This document shows positions 1 to 7,873 of a DNA stretch of 10,346 nucleotides, piece after piece. Numbering within the stretch: the stretch's first letter is position 1; every line of letters begins with the position of its first letter. A program made the translations under genes and the position numbers. The notes beneath the pieces were generated by a model. The model made no database searches, had not been told where the DNA came from, and saw only the letters and a program-made list of their open reading frames with translations. Source of the DNA: Candidatus Undinarchaeota archaeon. GTDB taxonomy: Archaea > SpSt-1190. The DNA lies in contig CAYVAH010000025.1 in the NCBI GenBank assembly GCA_964449215.1, forward strand, positions 1-10,346, written 5' to 3'.

Positions 1-319
1 ATCCACTCGGAATTGAATGTGGATTATACGCACGTCTCGAGAAAAGCTTTGCCAATAACATCAAAACTTTCCGCTTGACTAGTCCCCTATTGTGAACCTT
101 AAAGTCTTTGCAGAACTTGAGGAAATTGTAAGGCGAACTTTCAGACAATACAAAATCCATCCATACCCCTGTTTCTGCTGGCGGCTTGCCCGAAGCAAAT
201 TCATACAAAAAGGCAAAGGTTGGCCGCAGTTTTTTTGTTTCTTTTTTTGAAGCACCAAACCCAAATTGTTTAAGCCTCTTTGCTGGGAGCGAATCGACAT
301 TTATGATGATTTTTTTCAT
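1..319 (-). CDS. Alkaline phosphatase superfamily (nucleotide pyrophosphatase/phosphodiesterase-like) protein, N-terminal part; runs off the window edge
   Basis: Not in the ORF track. Manual translation from the ATG at 319, which overlaps the upstream stop as ATGA, is open to the window edge: MKKIIINVDSLPAKRLKQFGFGASKKETKKLRPTFAFLYEFASGKPPAETGVWMDFVLSESSPYNFLKF... The hydrophobic strand ending in D (IIINVDSL) and the G-x-x-P-x-x-x-G motif (SGKPPAETGVW) fit AlkP/NPP enzymes. GGAGGT lies 9 nt upstream. Confidence 0.65.
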   Translation of the reverse strand, partial: MKKIIINVDSLPAKRLKQFGFGASKKETKKLRPTFAFLYEFASGKPPAETGVWMDFVLSESSPYNFLKFCKDFKVHNRGLVKRKVLMLLAKLFSRRAYNPHSIPSG

Positions 320-1467
320 TTTTGTCCAACCTCCCTCGCACCTAACACAATTTCTTTAATGACCAAATAAAAAAACAGTAAAAATGTAATCTCTGCAGGT
401 GGGACTAAAAACAGTAAATCTGAAAAAAACTTTGATGTTTTAAGGGCGATAAAATAGAAAACTGATTGGAATGAGAGGAACACTTGTGAAATGATTTTCA
501 ATATTGCATGTTCGTTAGATGAATATATCCTAAAAACCAGAGGAAAGCACCAGAGAAACACATGCCAAGGTCTGAACGAATCTGAAAGCAAAAAGGGTGT
601 TAATAAGTACAATTCAAATTTTACAGAATCATTAGGGACATAATTTATCATTTTAATGTACCATAACAACAGGAGTACCTTTAAAATTAGCAGCACCCAG
701 TTCGGTATAACCAGTCCAAAATTGTAAGATACCTCAGCTATTATGTGAAACGGCGATATATTGGTACTTCTCGAGACATCTCTGATTTCATGATATGATT
801 CTGGCAGTTTTTCTATGCGCCCATAATAAGAAGTGATTCTGTCCACAAACATAGGAATTTGATTGGCCGTTCCTGCAATAAATACCAGTATCAAAGCTAA
901 TGACAGTACAAGCTCTTTCAATTTTTTATTTCCGATAAAATACAATAGGATTGAAACCCCCCAAAATTTTATCACTGTTGTGGCCGCACCGACAAAAGCA
1001 ACAAGACTGCTGTATGGAAAAGCCCATGCCAAAGTGGCTGCAAACATAAGGAGGGTGTTAATATTCCCCAATGAAAAGTCTCTTTTTACTGGGAACCAAA
1101 GAAACAGCAATAGAAACAAAAGCAGTGCTTCTTTCAAATCCAAGTTATTTCTCTCTTTAATAAAATAAACTGTCAGTAACAAAATTATAATCTTTAAAAT
1201 ATTAAACCCGATGCAGAACAAGTTTCCTGCGGGAAATAAAGCCATTACAGACAGAAACAGTAGCGCACCGGGAGGGTATATGAAACCTTCTTCGAGATAT
1301 GCGTTGTTTTTGGATACCCATTTGTCTACAGCATTCTTGAAGACACGTGTATCCCCACACCCAAACACAGGATCTACATTGTGACCGAGCATCATTAATA
1401 CGCCTTTCATTAAACCGGGCGCAGCGATTATCAAAGTTAAAAGCAGAAAATATGTGCGTCGTTTCAT
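316..1467 (-). CDS. GT87 / DUF2029 family polytopic membrane glycosyltransferase (GT-C fold)
   Basis: 383 aa with many hydrophobic segments. Motifs FIYPPGALLF, LGNINTLL and IKFW are typical of GT87/DUF2029. ATGA overlap with the upstream GT4 stop. Confidence 0.8.
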   Translation of the reverse strand: MKRRTYFLLLTLIIAAPGLMKGVLMMLGHNVDPVFGCGDTRVFKNAVDKWVSKNNAYLEEGFIYPPGALLFLSVMALFPAGNLFCIGFNILKIIILLLTVYFIKERNNLDLKEALLLFLLLFLWFPVKRDFSLGNINTLLMFAATLAWAFPYSSLVAFVGAATTVIKFWGVSILLYFIGNKKLKELVLSLALILVFIAGTANQIPMFVDRITSYYGRIEKLPESYHEIRDVSRSTNISPFHIIAEVSYNFGLVIPNWVLLILKVLLLLWYIKMINYVPNDSVKFELYLLTPFLLSDSFRPWHVFLWCFPLVFRIYSSNEHAILKIISQVFLSFQSVFYFIALKTSKFFSDLLFLVPPAEITFLLFFYLVIKEIVLGAREVGQK

Positions 1468-2534
1468 TTTATGACCCCCTCAAAGACAATAACCAAATCC
1501 TTTACGACTTTTTTCCAGTCAAGATTATTTTTGATGAAAAACCTTCCTTGCTCTTTCCAATTCGAAACAGCCCGCTTTCCCGAGTTTGAAATGACCCTCA
1601 CAAACTCGCTAACATCCTTTGGTCTCACTACAACACCACACCCTGCAGCTTCAACTATTTCCGGCAAACCTCCAGCTCTGCTGCACACGACTGGTAACTC
1701 CATCGCCATTCCCTCCAGCAGCACAAGTGGCAACCCTTCATTTTCGCTCGGGATTACTAGCACATCACAAGCGCCATAAACTTCCCTCAATTTCTTTTTG
1801 TCATAAATCGGTCCCAACCACTTCAAATTTTTTGGAGCATCTTCTAGGAGGTATCTCTCTTCACCATCTCCCACCACAATAAATTCCCAGTCTGAGACCT
1901 CTTTGGCAATTTCAATGAAGTGCCTGAGCCCCTTAACGGGCATGAACTTTCCTACAAAGAGTGCTGTTGGTTTTGTCAGCCCGAGTTTTTTCCTTATTTT
2001 TTTTCTGTCAACTTTCCTTGGGTCAAAGAATTCAGTGTCAACACCATTTGGTATTATGTGCAATGGCTTCAGTATCTTAAACAGTCTCATGTGAAACTCG
2101 GTAATCGAGGTCACCGCGTCCATGGAATTTGCTGTGATTTCCTCAATCAACCACATTATCGGCACTTTTAGCCATCTTCGATCCACAATTGCTTGTTCTG
2201 TGGAAGTGCCGTGGAACGTGAGCACTTTTTTGAACTTTGAAAATATGAATGGGAACGCAGGGGACCAGTTGTGGAAATTTACAACATCAATATTCCTTGT
2301 TTTGACAAACTTTTCAACCTCCTTGCGCTTCTTAATGAAATTCAGATAATTATCAGACCCGGGAACCACAAAAACTTCTTTCCAGAACTTCTCAAACTTA
2401 TTTGTGTTTTGTGGCCTGTCTCGCACGATCAAGAAGACTTCGTGTTTTTTCGACAGTCTTTTCGCAATCTCGCGCACGGCATTTTCGACCCCGCCCAACT
2501 TCATATATTGTGCCAGAAAAAACGCGATTCTCAC
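1464..2534 (-). CDS. Glycosyltransferase family 4 (GT-B, RfaB-like)
   Basis: Motifs GGVE, LTFHG, IIPNGVD, FVGKFMPVKG and PSENEGLPLVLLEGMA (E-x7-E). Start moved from 2582 to the GTG at 2534, which overlaps the epimerase stop as GTGA and follows AGGGGG. This gives a canonical (M)RIAFF N-terminus, 356 aa. Confidence 0.92.
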   Translation of the reverse strand: MRIAFFLAQYMKLGGVENAVREIAKRLSKKHEVFLIVRDRPQNTNKFEKFWKEVFVVPGSDNYLNFIKKRKEVEKFVKTRNIDVVNFHNWSPAFPFIFSKFKKVLTFHGTSTEQAIVDRRWLKVPIMWLIEEITANSMDAVTSITEFHMRLFKILKPLHIIPNGVDTEFFDPRKVDRKKIRKKLGLTKPTALFVGKFMPVKGLRHFIEIAKEVSDWEFIVVGDGEERYLLEDAPKNLKWLGPIYDKKKLREVYGACDVLVIPSENEGLPLVLLEGMAMELPVVCSRAGGLPEIVEAAGCGVVVRPKDVSEFVRVISNSGKRAVSNWKEQGRFFIKNNLDWKKVVKDLVIVFEGVIK

Positions 2535-3373
2535 TGAATCAACCCCCTGATACCTTCCTCGAGACTTATTTTTGGGTTCCATTCCAGTTCCTTTTTTGCC
2601 TTGGCGTTGGATACGAGGTACTTCACAGGGATTTCATTGGTTTCCCGGTACACGACCCTGGATTTGGAGCGTGTGAGTTCTATGATACGGTTTGCAACTT
2701 CCTTTATGCAGAAATTTTTTCCGTATGCGATGTTATAAGACCCATTTCCTTTATCTAATGCCTGCATAATTGCACCCACAACATCGCCAACATGCAAAAA
2801 ATCCCTTTCTTGGCTTCCGTCCCCCCATATTTCTACCGGTTCTCCGCTCATAGCTCTTTTGACAAAAATGTTGATTACGCCTCTGCCGCCGGGCCCGTAA
2901 ACATTTGTGAACCTGAGAATGGCATGCTTAATCCCAGAGTTCCTGACCAGTTCTTCGCCAATGACTTTGGTCACTCCATAGAAATTTTGCGGCCGTTTCT
3001 CGGACTCTTCGTCAATAACACCTTCCAGCTTAGGATCGAAAACGGCTATGCTGGACGCGAACACTATTTTCTTTGCCTTTGATTCCTTACACACCCTTAC
3101 GACGTTGAAGGTTCCTTCAACATTAGTCCTGAAGTACTTTTCCATTTCATTGTCCGATTCATGGGCGTTAGTTAAGGCGGCCAAATGCACGACAGTGTCA
3201 CCACAGTTGATTTCATTTTTCAAGGAGTTATAATCAATCAAATCAATCTTTGAGAATTCTACATCAATCTTAGGTGCATTGATGTCAATAACCTTTATAC
3301 TCCTGCCTTTTTCTATGAGTCGTTTTACAAGAGCGCTCCCGATGAACCCCGCGCCCCCTGTTATGACAATCAC
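2531..3373 (-). CDS. NAD-dependent nucleotide-sugar epimerase/dehydratase (extended SDR, GalE/WcaG-like)
   Basis: ITGGAGFIG Rossmann motif, VVHLAA, FASSIAVF, catalytic YGVTK (YxxxK), LRFTNVYGP and GDGSQERDFLHV. Confidence 0.93.
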   Translation of the reverse strand: MIVITGGAGFIGSALVKRLIEKGRSIKVIDINAPKIDVEFSKIDLIDYNSLKNEINCGDTVVHLAALTNAHESDNEMEKYFRTNVEGTFNVVRVCKESKAKKIVFASSIAVFDPKLEGVIDEESEKRPQNFYGVTKVIGEELVRNSGIKHAILRFTNVYGPGGRGVINIFVKRAMSGEPVEIWGDGSQERDFLHVGDVVGAIMQALDKGNGSYNIAYGKNFCIKEVANRIIELTRSKSRVVYRETNEIPVKYLVSNAKAKKELEWNPKISLEEGIRGLIQ

Positions 3374-3391
3374 ACATAACCCAAAGAACTT

Positions 3392-3401
3392 TTTTTAAAT
3401 A
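3392..3401 (-). promoter_or_regulatory. Putative archaeal TATA box for the glycosylation operon
   Basis: TATTTAAAAA on the minus strand, 18-20 nt before the GTG at 3373. No SD lies between, consistent with a leaderless first gene. Confidence 0.55.
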
Positions 3402-3448
3402 GTTCATCTCTATGCTTTTGTTGAAATTCGTCCGATAAAATATTATGC

Positions 3449-3916
3449 TTAAACCCGCACGAAGTCCGAGAGCCTTGCTTCCTTCTCCCCTTTTTCTATG
3501 TCCAGTTCTGAAAGCATTTCAGTTATCCACCTCACAAAGCGGAACAGCTTCTTCCGGTCGCTCCAATACCAGCCTTTCAGCACTTCCTCCATGACCCTGT
3601 CATAGTCCTTGAATTTTTCGTTCAGTTCCCTCCACTTCACTCCCGCAAGCTTTGAAGCAAGGGAGGCATCATAGGGAAGGACACCCTGAAGCATAAGGAA
3701 AGCAATCACGGGGTAACCGACATAGCCGCGGAACCTTGTGGCAGGGTCAGTGCTGCTCACAGTGTTGCTGGCAGCATCCCACCTTACCCTGTATGTCCTT
3801 TTCCCATCAGAGCCTGTTACAATGGCTTCCTTGGGACTCACAACCTCTATCCGGCCATCGGCTATGGCCCCGAGCGCCTCGAGCACCTTTATCCGGGGCG
3901 GTGCCCTCAGCTTCAT
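3449..3916 (-). CDS. Conserved hypothetical protein (PPRIKVLEALGAIADGR...GYxGYP family)
   Basis: I recognise the blocks PPRIKVLEALGAIADGR, RGYVGYPVIAFLMLQG and W-x-x-LN-x-K-x-K-x-Y from an uncharacterised archaeal/bacterial family. Start placed at ATG 3916 (MKLRAPP), 20 nt from a TATA box; 155 aa. Confidence 0.8.
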   Translation of the reverse strand: MKLRAPPRIKVLEALGAIADGRIEVVSPKEAIVTGSDGKRTYRVRWDAASNTVSSTDPATRFRGYVGYPVIAFLMLQGVLPYDASLASKLAGVKWRELNEKFKDYDRVMEEVLKGWYWSDRKKLFRFVRWITEMLSELDIEKGEKEARLSDFVRV

Positions 3917-3936
3917 AAAAGGAAAAGGGTTGCAGG

Positions 3937-3944
3937 TTTTTAAA
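3937..3944. promoter_or_regulatory. Putative bidirectional TATA box (TTTTTAAA / TTTAAAAA)
   Basis: Exactly 20 nt separate it from the ATG at 3916 (minus) and 20 nt from the in-frame GTG at 3965 (plus). Confidence 0.6.
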
Positions 3945-3964
3945 CGCATGGTTTGAAGGTTTCC

Positions 3965-4696
3965 GTGCTGAATTCCCTAAAAAAGAATGTCCTGGACCCC
4001 ATCTTCGCACGTGGTGGATACAACCCATACAGCACACTCGCCCTCGCCCTGTTTTTCATAGCGGTCGTGGAGCTTTACTGGAGGTTGTTCGCCAGGGGAA
4101 AGAACCAGGAGGAATTCCGGAGGGTGGCGGTCCCCTTCATAGTTCTTGGCGGGCTGTTGCGGTTCGCAGACACCAGGCTCGTGCCACCAACCCCTCTCAC
4201 CGTGACCCCTGGAGTCTATCTCCTGGTGCTTGCCATTTTCACCCTGAGCTACCAGCTCCTTGGCGCCCAAAGGGCCTGGAAGCTTGGGACCTTTGCTTCA
4301 ATCGCCCTCCTGCTCTCCCTGACACCCTTTCTCCACCTCACCCACGCCCCACTATTAGTCCTGACACTGATAATCTGCTGGCTGAGCTGGAAGGTCTACA
4401 GCCGGCTGGACTTCATGGAGGACCTGTTCGCCTGGCTCCCGCACGTGTTCGAGGCGTGGATAACGAGCTTCGGTGTCTGGGCAGGTCTGGCGGAGGAGCA
4501 TGTAGTTGCGGGGATACTCATGGGAAAGAATCCCTTCCTCTTTGGGGTGGTGAAGACACTGCTCCTCCCCCTCATAATGTCCCTGCTAAAAAACGTAGAG
4601 GATCGGCAGAAAAAATATGTGGGCACAGTTATAGGAATGCTCGGACTCGGTCCGGGGGCGAGGGACCTGCTGGAACTGTTGAGCCTGGGTGGTTGA
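3965..4696 (+). CDS. DUF63 family archaeal membrane protein
   Basis: Motifs GYNPYST, GGLLRFAD, TPGVY, EEHVV and LGLGPGARDLL, with many TM segments. Start is probably GTG 3965 (the track gives TTG 3953). Confidence 0.82.
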   Translation: MLNSLKKNVLDPIFARGGYNPYSTLALALFFIAVVELYWRLFARGKNQEEFRRVAVPFIVLGGLLRFADTRLVPPTPLTVTPGVYLLVLAIFTLSYQLLGAQRAWKLGTFASIALLLSLTPFLHLTHAPLLVLTLIICWLSWKVYSRLDFMEDLFAWLPHVFEAWITSFGVWAGLAEEHVVAGILMGKNPFLFGVVKTLLLPLIMSLLKNVEDRQKKYVGTVIGMLGLGPGARDLLELLSLGG

Positions 4697-5050
4697 ATGG
4701 GGTGCGTGGTATTCGACACAAGCTTCCTGCTGAACTGCGTGAAAGCCAGGGTGGATTTCCTGAGGGAGATTAAGATGCGAATTGGGCCCTTCACCCCTGT
4801 TGTTCCCTCTCCTGTGATAGATGAGCTGAAAAAGCTGGCAGCCAAGAAACCGGAGGCGAGGGTGGCCCTGAAACTCGTCGGGGAAGCAAGGGTTGTGGAG
4901 AGCCATTTGGGGGCGGACAGGTCAGTGGTGGAGATCGCTGCAAGCAAGGGATGCTATCTCGCCAGCACTGATGGGGAAGTCAGGTCAAGGGGAAGGGAGA
5001 GGGGAATAAAGCTCGTCACACTGCGCGAAGGAAAGCATATACAAATGTAA
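4697..5050 (+). CDS. PIN-domain nuclease, Fcf1/Utp24-like archaeal family
   Basis: VVFDTSFL, VIDELKKL, GADRSVVEIA and LASTDGEVR provide the PIN acidic residues; the C-terminal GIKLVTLR is typical. The ATG directly follows the DUF63 TGA. Confidence 0.85.
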   Translation: MGCVVFDTSFLLNCVKARVDFLREIKMRIGPFTPVVPSPVIDELKKLAAKKPEARVALKLVGEARVVESHLGADRSVVEIAASKGCYLASTDGEVRSRGRERGIKLVTLREGKHIQM

Positions 5051-5079
5051 CCACTGCCCCGGAATACGAGTATTTAATT

Positions 5080-5514
5080 ATGGAGTGGCATATTTATGGA
5101 GTGCAAGACTGGAGGGACGGTTTCAGGGCGCTGCTCACACTGTCAAAGGCTTTTTTTCCGTATATGCTCCTGAAGCTCCCGGAGCTCGTGGTGTTGTTGC
5201 TACCGGTAGCCGTGGCAAGCATCCTCATGGACCTGAAGGCGTCAAAGGATTTCGCGGTCCTGGAGCTCGAAAATGGGGAAATACTCGTTCCAAAAAAACC
5301 GCGGGTGCAGCGCATACTCGCCTATTCGCTTATGGCGGACTGCCTGATGATGGCGATACTCGCCTACGCACTCTCCGGATATGACTCAGTGGTGATGGTC
5401 AACAGTGCCATATTTTACGGGCTTTATCTGCTCGAGACCAGCGGGGCGAAGGCAGCCGTTGAGGCATACCGCCCGGAACTTGTCAAGGAGCAGGAAGTTT
5501 TTGTGGAAAATTAG
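5080..5514 (+). CDS. Hypothetical membrane protein
   Basis: About 3-4 hydrophobic segments, and it fills the gap between confident genes. Alternative start at GTG 5101, 20 nt after TTTAATTA (5073-5080). Its stop overlaps the convergent gene's stop (TTAG, 5511-5514). Confidence 0.65.
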   Translation: MEWHIYGVQDWRDGFRALLTLSKAFFPYMLLKLPELVVLLLPVAVASILMDLKASKDFAVLELENGEILVPKKPRVQRILAYSLMADCLMMAILAYALSGYDSVVMVNSAIFYGLYLLETSGAKAAVEAYRPELVKEQEVFVEN

Positions 5515-5960
5515 CCGCTCTCCAGGACATTCTGGTAGCTGTTCAGAATCTCCCGGAAGACCTCCTGGGTCCCCTCACCGAATGTCTCGAACGCCTTCAC
5601 GGTGTATGGTCTCCGCATCTGCCGCCTTCTCTTGATGCTGTTCACCGTCTTGTAGGCAGCCCAATAAAGAAGCCCCAGAGGCGGGATGGACCACACATAA
5701 CGGTGACTCATCTTCCCCGCACGGATGCCCACCTCCCTCTGGACCTCACCAGAAAGATAACCGAGAAACTGCTTGTAGTAATCCGGACCCTCCAGCTCTT
5801 TCAGCCGCATGTGCTTGTATGCCCAGAATCTCCCGTACTGTTCCCCGGCAAATGCCCTGATAAGCTCCCAGTTGGCAGCCAGCTCCGGGCTCAGCCTGTC
5901 CCGGACACCCCTCTCCTCAAGCTCCTCGAACAGGGCATCTACTGGATGTCGATTTTCCAT
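5511..5960 (-). CDS. Hypothetical protein with one hydrophobic segment followed by a basic patch
   Basis: 149 aa from ATG 5960 (MENRHP). The segment YVWSIPPLGLLYWAAY is followed by KRRRQMRR. TTTTTAAT lies 20 nt upstream. Confidence 0.7.
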   Translation of the reverse strand: MENRHPVDALFEELEERGVRDRLSPELAANWELIRAFAGEQYGRFWAYKHMRLKELEGPDYYKQFLGYLSGEVQREVGIRAGKMSHRYVWSIPPLGLLYWAAYKTVNSIKRRRQMRRPYTVKAFETFGEGTQEVFREILNSYQNVLESG

Positions 5961-5980
5961 GGAGCATTGCACAGTAACAA

Positions 5981-5988
5981 ATTAAAAA
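5981..5988 (-). promoter_or_regulatory. Putative TATA box; the T-tract could also terminate the upstream gene
   Basis: TTTTTAAT on the minus strand, 20 nt before ATG 5960 and just past the stop at 6003. Confidence 0.5.
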
Positions 5989-6002
5989 ACTATCCGTGAC
6001 AG

Positions 6003-6533
6003 TCAGACCACTGCATAAGCTTTCATGTCGAGGTTGTCATAGTGTCCGATCAGGCAGTCCTCAAAGGCGTCCTTCAGCTCCCTCAAGTAGGATGCGAGCC
6101 CTTCCCTGAAGGCTTCTTCAAGCTCCGGGTTCTTCTTTTTGTAGAGGTATTTCCTAATCTTCCTCACCAGAAACGGTGAAGAAGCCAGTGCAGCTGCCAG
6201 CACATCCATGAGCACACTCGCGGGAAGTGCCCGGAGGGCGTTGCTCGCCACCTCGATACCGGGAGCAAGAGCCGCCAGCCCGTCAAGGTACTTCATCCAC
6301 TTCGGATTCAGGTATTCCTCCCTGCCCTTTTCTATTTTGTCGGCGAGCCCTCCAAGATACCGGGGGATGTCCACCACCGAGCAGGGTTTCTCCGGCTCCT
6401 CGAGGTTGGTGTAGCACCACTCCAGTTGCTTCCTGCCCTCAGAACGCTCACGACCAAAAACAAACTTATCAACAGCCGCAACCTCCTCAAGGAAGTCCTC
6501 CTTGGGGAGGTACTCCTCTCGGTCTTCCATCAT
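6003..6533 (-). CDS. Hypothetical protein with an Ala/Leu-rich hydrophobic hairpin followed by a basic patch
   Basis: 176 aa from ATG 6533 (or 6530). The track's extension to 6620 runs through an AT-rich promoter-like region. LAALAPG...VLAAALASSPFLV is followed by RKIRKYLYKKK. Confidence 0.7.
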   Translation of the reverse strand: MMEDREEYLPKEDFLEEVAAVDKFVFGRERSEGRKQLEWCYTNLEEPEKPCSVVDIPRYLGGLADKIEKGREEYLNPKWMKYLDGLAALAPGIEVASNALRALPASVLMDVLAAALASSPFLVRKIRKYLYKKKNPELEEAFREGLASYLRELKDAFEDCLIGHYDNLDMKAYAVV

Positions 6534-6552
6534 TAATATTCCGCAGTAGTAA

Positions 6553-6560
6553 ATTATAAA
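6553..6560 (-). promoter_or_regulatory. Putative TATA box TTTATAAT
   Basis: Consensus-like archaeal TATA box 19 nt before ATG 6533. Confidence 0.6.
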
Positions 6561-6577
6561 TAATATCATTAGCCAAC

Positions 6578-6612
6578 TGTCGAACAATTCTGAACAAGTG
6601 TCGAAAGGAACA
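6578..6612. repeat. Phased short direct repeats (TGTCGAA x2, GAACA x3), possible operator
   Basis: TGTCGAA at 6578 and 6599 (21 bp apart); GAACA at 6582, 6592 and 6608. Intergenic, just upstream of the TATA box at 6553-6560. Confidence 0.35.
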
Positions 6613-6616
6613 CCAG

Positions 6617-7873
6617 TCATTTTATTATCGTGGCACTCTCTCCCCCGTGCCAGCTGACCCTCGGGCGGACACGCATCTGATAAATCTTCTCGGCATTGTC
6701 GTCCAGAACCACGGCTGCACCCTTGAAGCGGGGCAGACTGCTTATGTATTTCTCCAGGGGAAACTGCATATAGGTCCCCATTATGCTGTTGAGCGCCCCT
6801 ATGTCCAGCTCCGCCGTGACCCTGTGGCTGATCACTATGTCAGCCTGCGTGAAAACATCGGAGTGTATCTTCCCCGGCTGCTGTGTCGCCAGCACCAGCG
6901 TTATGCCCGGTTGCCTGCCCTCGCGGATGAGCTGGATAAGGGCACGGGCTGAGGGCGTCTCAACCTTCGGCGGCAGATACTCGTGAGCCTCATCTATGAG
7001 AATCCAGGGCATCGGCACCTTCACAGCAACCTCACGACCTATATCAACGTGGCGGGTTATGTCCGCCCGCTCTTCACCCTTGCGCGCCACAGCACGGGCT
7101 TCAAAAATCTTCCTCCCAAGCAAGCCGATAAGGAGGGACTTCACCCTGGTGCCAAGCATTGAGAGGTCAAGGACATTCACAGTCCCGGGGGTAAGCAGCT
7201 CCGAAACACGCGTTCCTTTCTCACTGAACACCCCCCAGGATTCCGCCGCCCTGAGTCTGTTCACAAGGGCATCGCGAACGCTTTCAGGAGCCCGGGTATC
7301 CGCCTCCGCCATCTTCACCATCTGGTCTATGCTCGAAGGCCTGTGGCGAAGGACCCTCTCAAGCAGAACACCCACCGGACTGAAAAGGTCCAGCCCGAAG
7401 CTGTCCATCCAGTCCTCCACTGACAGGTCAAGGGGATGAACGGCAAGAACACCATCTGCCGGAACTCCCGACTCCTTGTATTTGTCCAGCCAGCCCCGGG
7501 GAACTAGGACCCGGGTGGGGATGGACGTTGGTTTGAGACCCCACTCCTTCAACAGCCCTTCCTGGCGGGCATTCGGGTACCTCATGGTCCAGTATATCCC
7601 CATCGTGTCAAATATCACGACCGTGAGTTTTTCCCTCAGCCGGCGGGGGAGGAATATTATTTCCTCCGCTATCACACCGAGAGTGTAGCTCTTCCCCTGT
7701 CCCCTCTTGCCAGAAACGAGAATCACATGCGGCCGGGCGAGGTCGAGAAGAAGCTTGTTGGCAAGGTTTACTTTATCACCGGTCCTGACATAGTGCTTGC
7801 CCAGGTGAGCCAGACCCTCATCTCCAAACTTCTTCAGGTCATCCTCATCCCTGCCCACAATTATGGGACGCAC
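6617..7873 (-). CDS. HerA/FtsK-superfamily ATPase (DUF87-type), short form
   Basis: Walker A SGKRGQGKS, FDTMGIYW, Walker B ILIDEAH, arginine-finger region REGRQPG, and LATQQP. Start is GTG 7873 (19 nt after TTATATGT at 7893-7900) or GTG 7885. Confidence 0.88.
   Translation of the reverse strand: MRPIIVGRDEDDLKKFGDEGLAHLGKHYVRTGDKVNLANKLLLDLARPHVILVSGKRGQGKSYTLGVIAEEIIFLPRRLREKLTVVIFDTMGIYWTMRYPNARQEGLLKEWGLKPTSIPTRVLVPRGWLDKYKESGVPADGVLAVHPLDLSVEDWMDSFGLDLFSPVGVLLERVLRHRPSSIDQMVKMAEADTRAPESVRDALVNRLRAAESWGVFSEKGTRVSELLTPGTVNVLDLSMLGTRVKSLLIGLLGRKIFEARAVARKGEERADITRHVDIGREVAVKVPMPWILIDEAHEYLPPKVETPSARALIQLIREGRQPGITLVLATQQPGKIHSDVFTQADIVISHRVTAELDIGALNSIMGTYMQFPLEKYISSLPRFKGAAVVLDDNAEKIYQMRVRPRVSWHGGESATIIK

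Noticed and set aside
1..24. ATCCAC...GTGGAT inverted repeat
   Set aside because: A 6-bp stem inside a coding sequence, expected by chance.
79..300. 73-aa minus-strand ORF from the track
   Set aside because: Wrong frame. The frame starting at ATG 319 is coupled to the upstream gene, has an SD and AlkP-like motifs, and stays open.
4697..5050. VapBC toxin-antitoxin module
   Set aside because: No adjacent antitoxin gene, and the motifs fit the housekeeping Fcf1-like PIN family better.
5096..5173. 25-aa Cys-containing ORF (MECKTGG...CSHC...)
   Set aside because: Very short, nested out of frame in the membrane-protein gene, and has no supporting signal.
6534..6620. N-terminal extension coupling the 6003 ORF to the HerA-like gene via ATGA
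   Set aside because: The extension spans an AT-rich TATA-containing region and has atypical composition. ATG 6533/6530 fits the promoter spacing, though coupling cannot be fully excluded.
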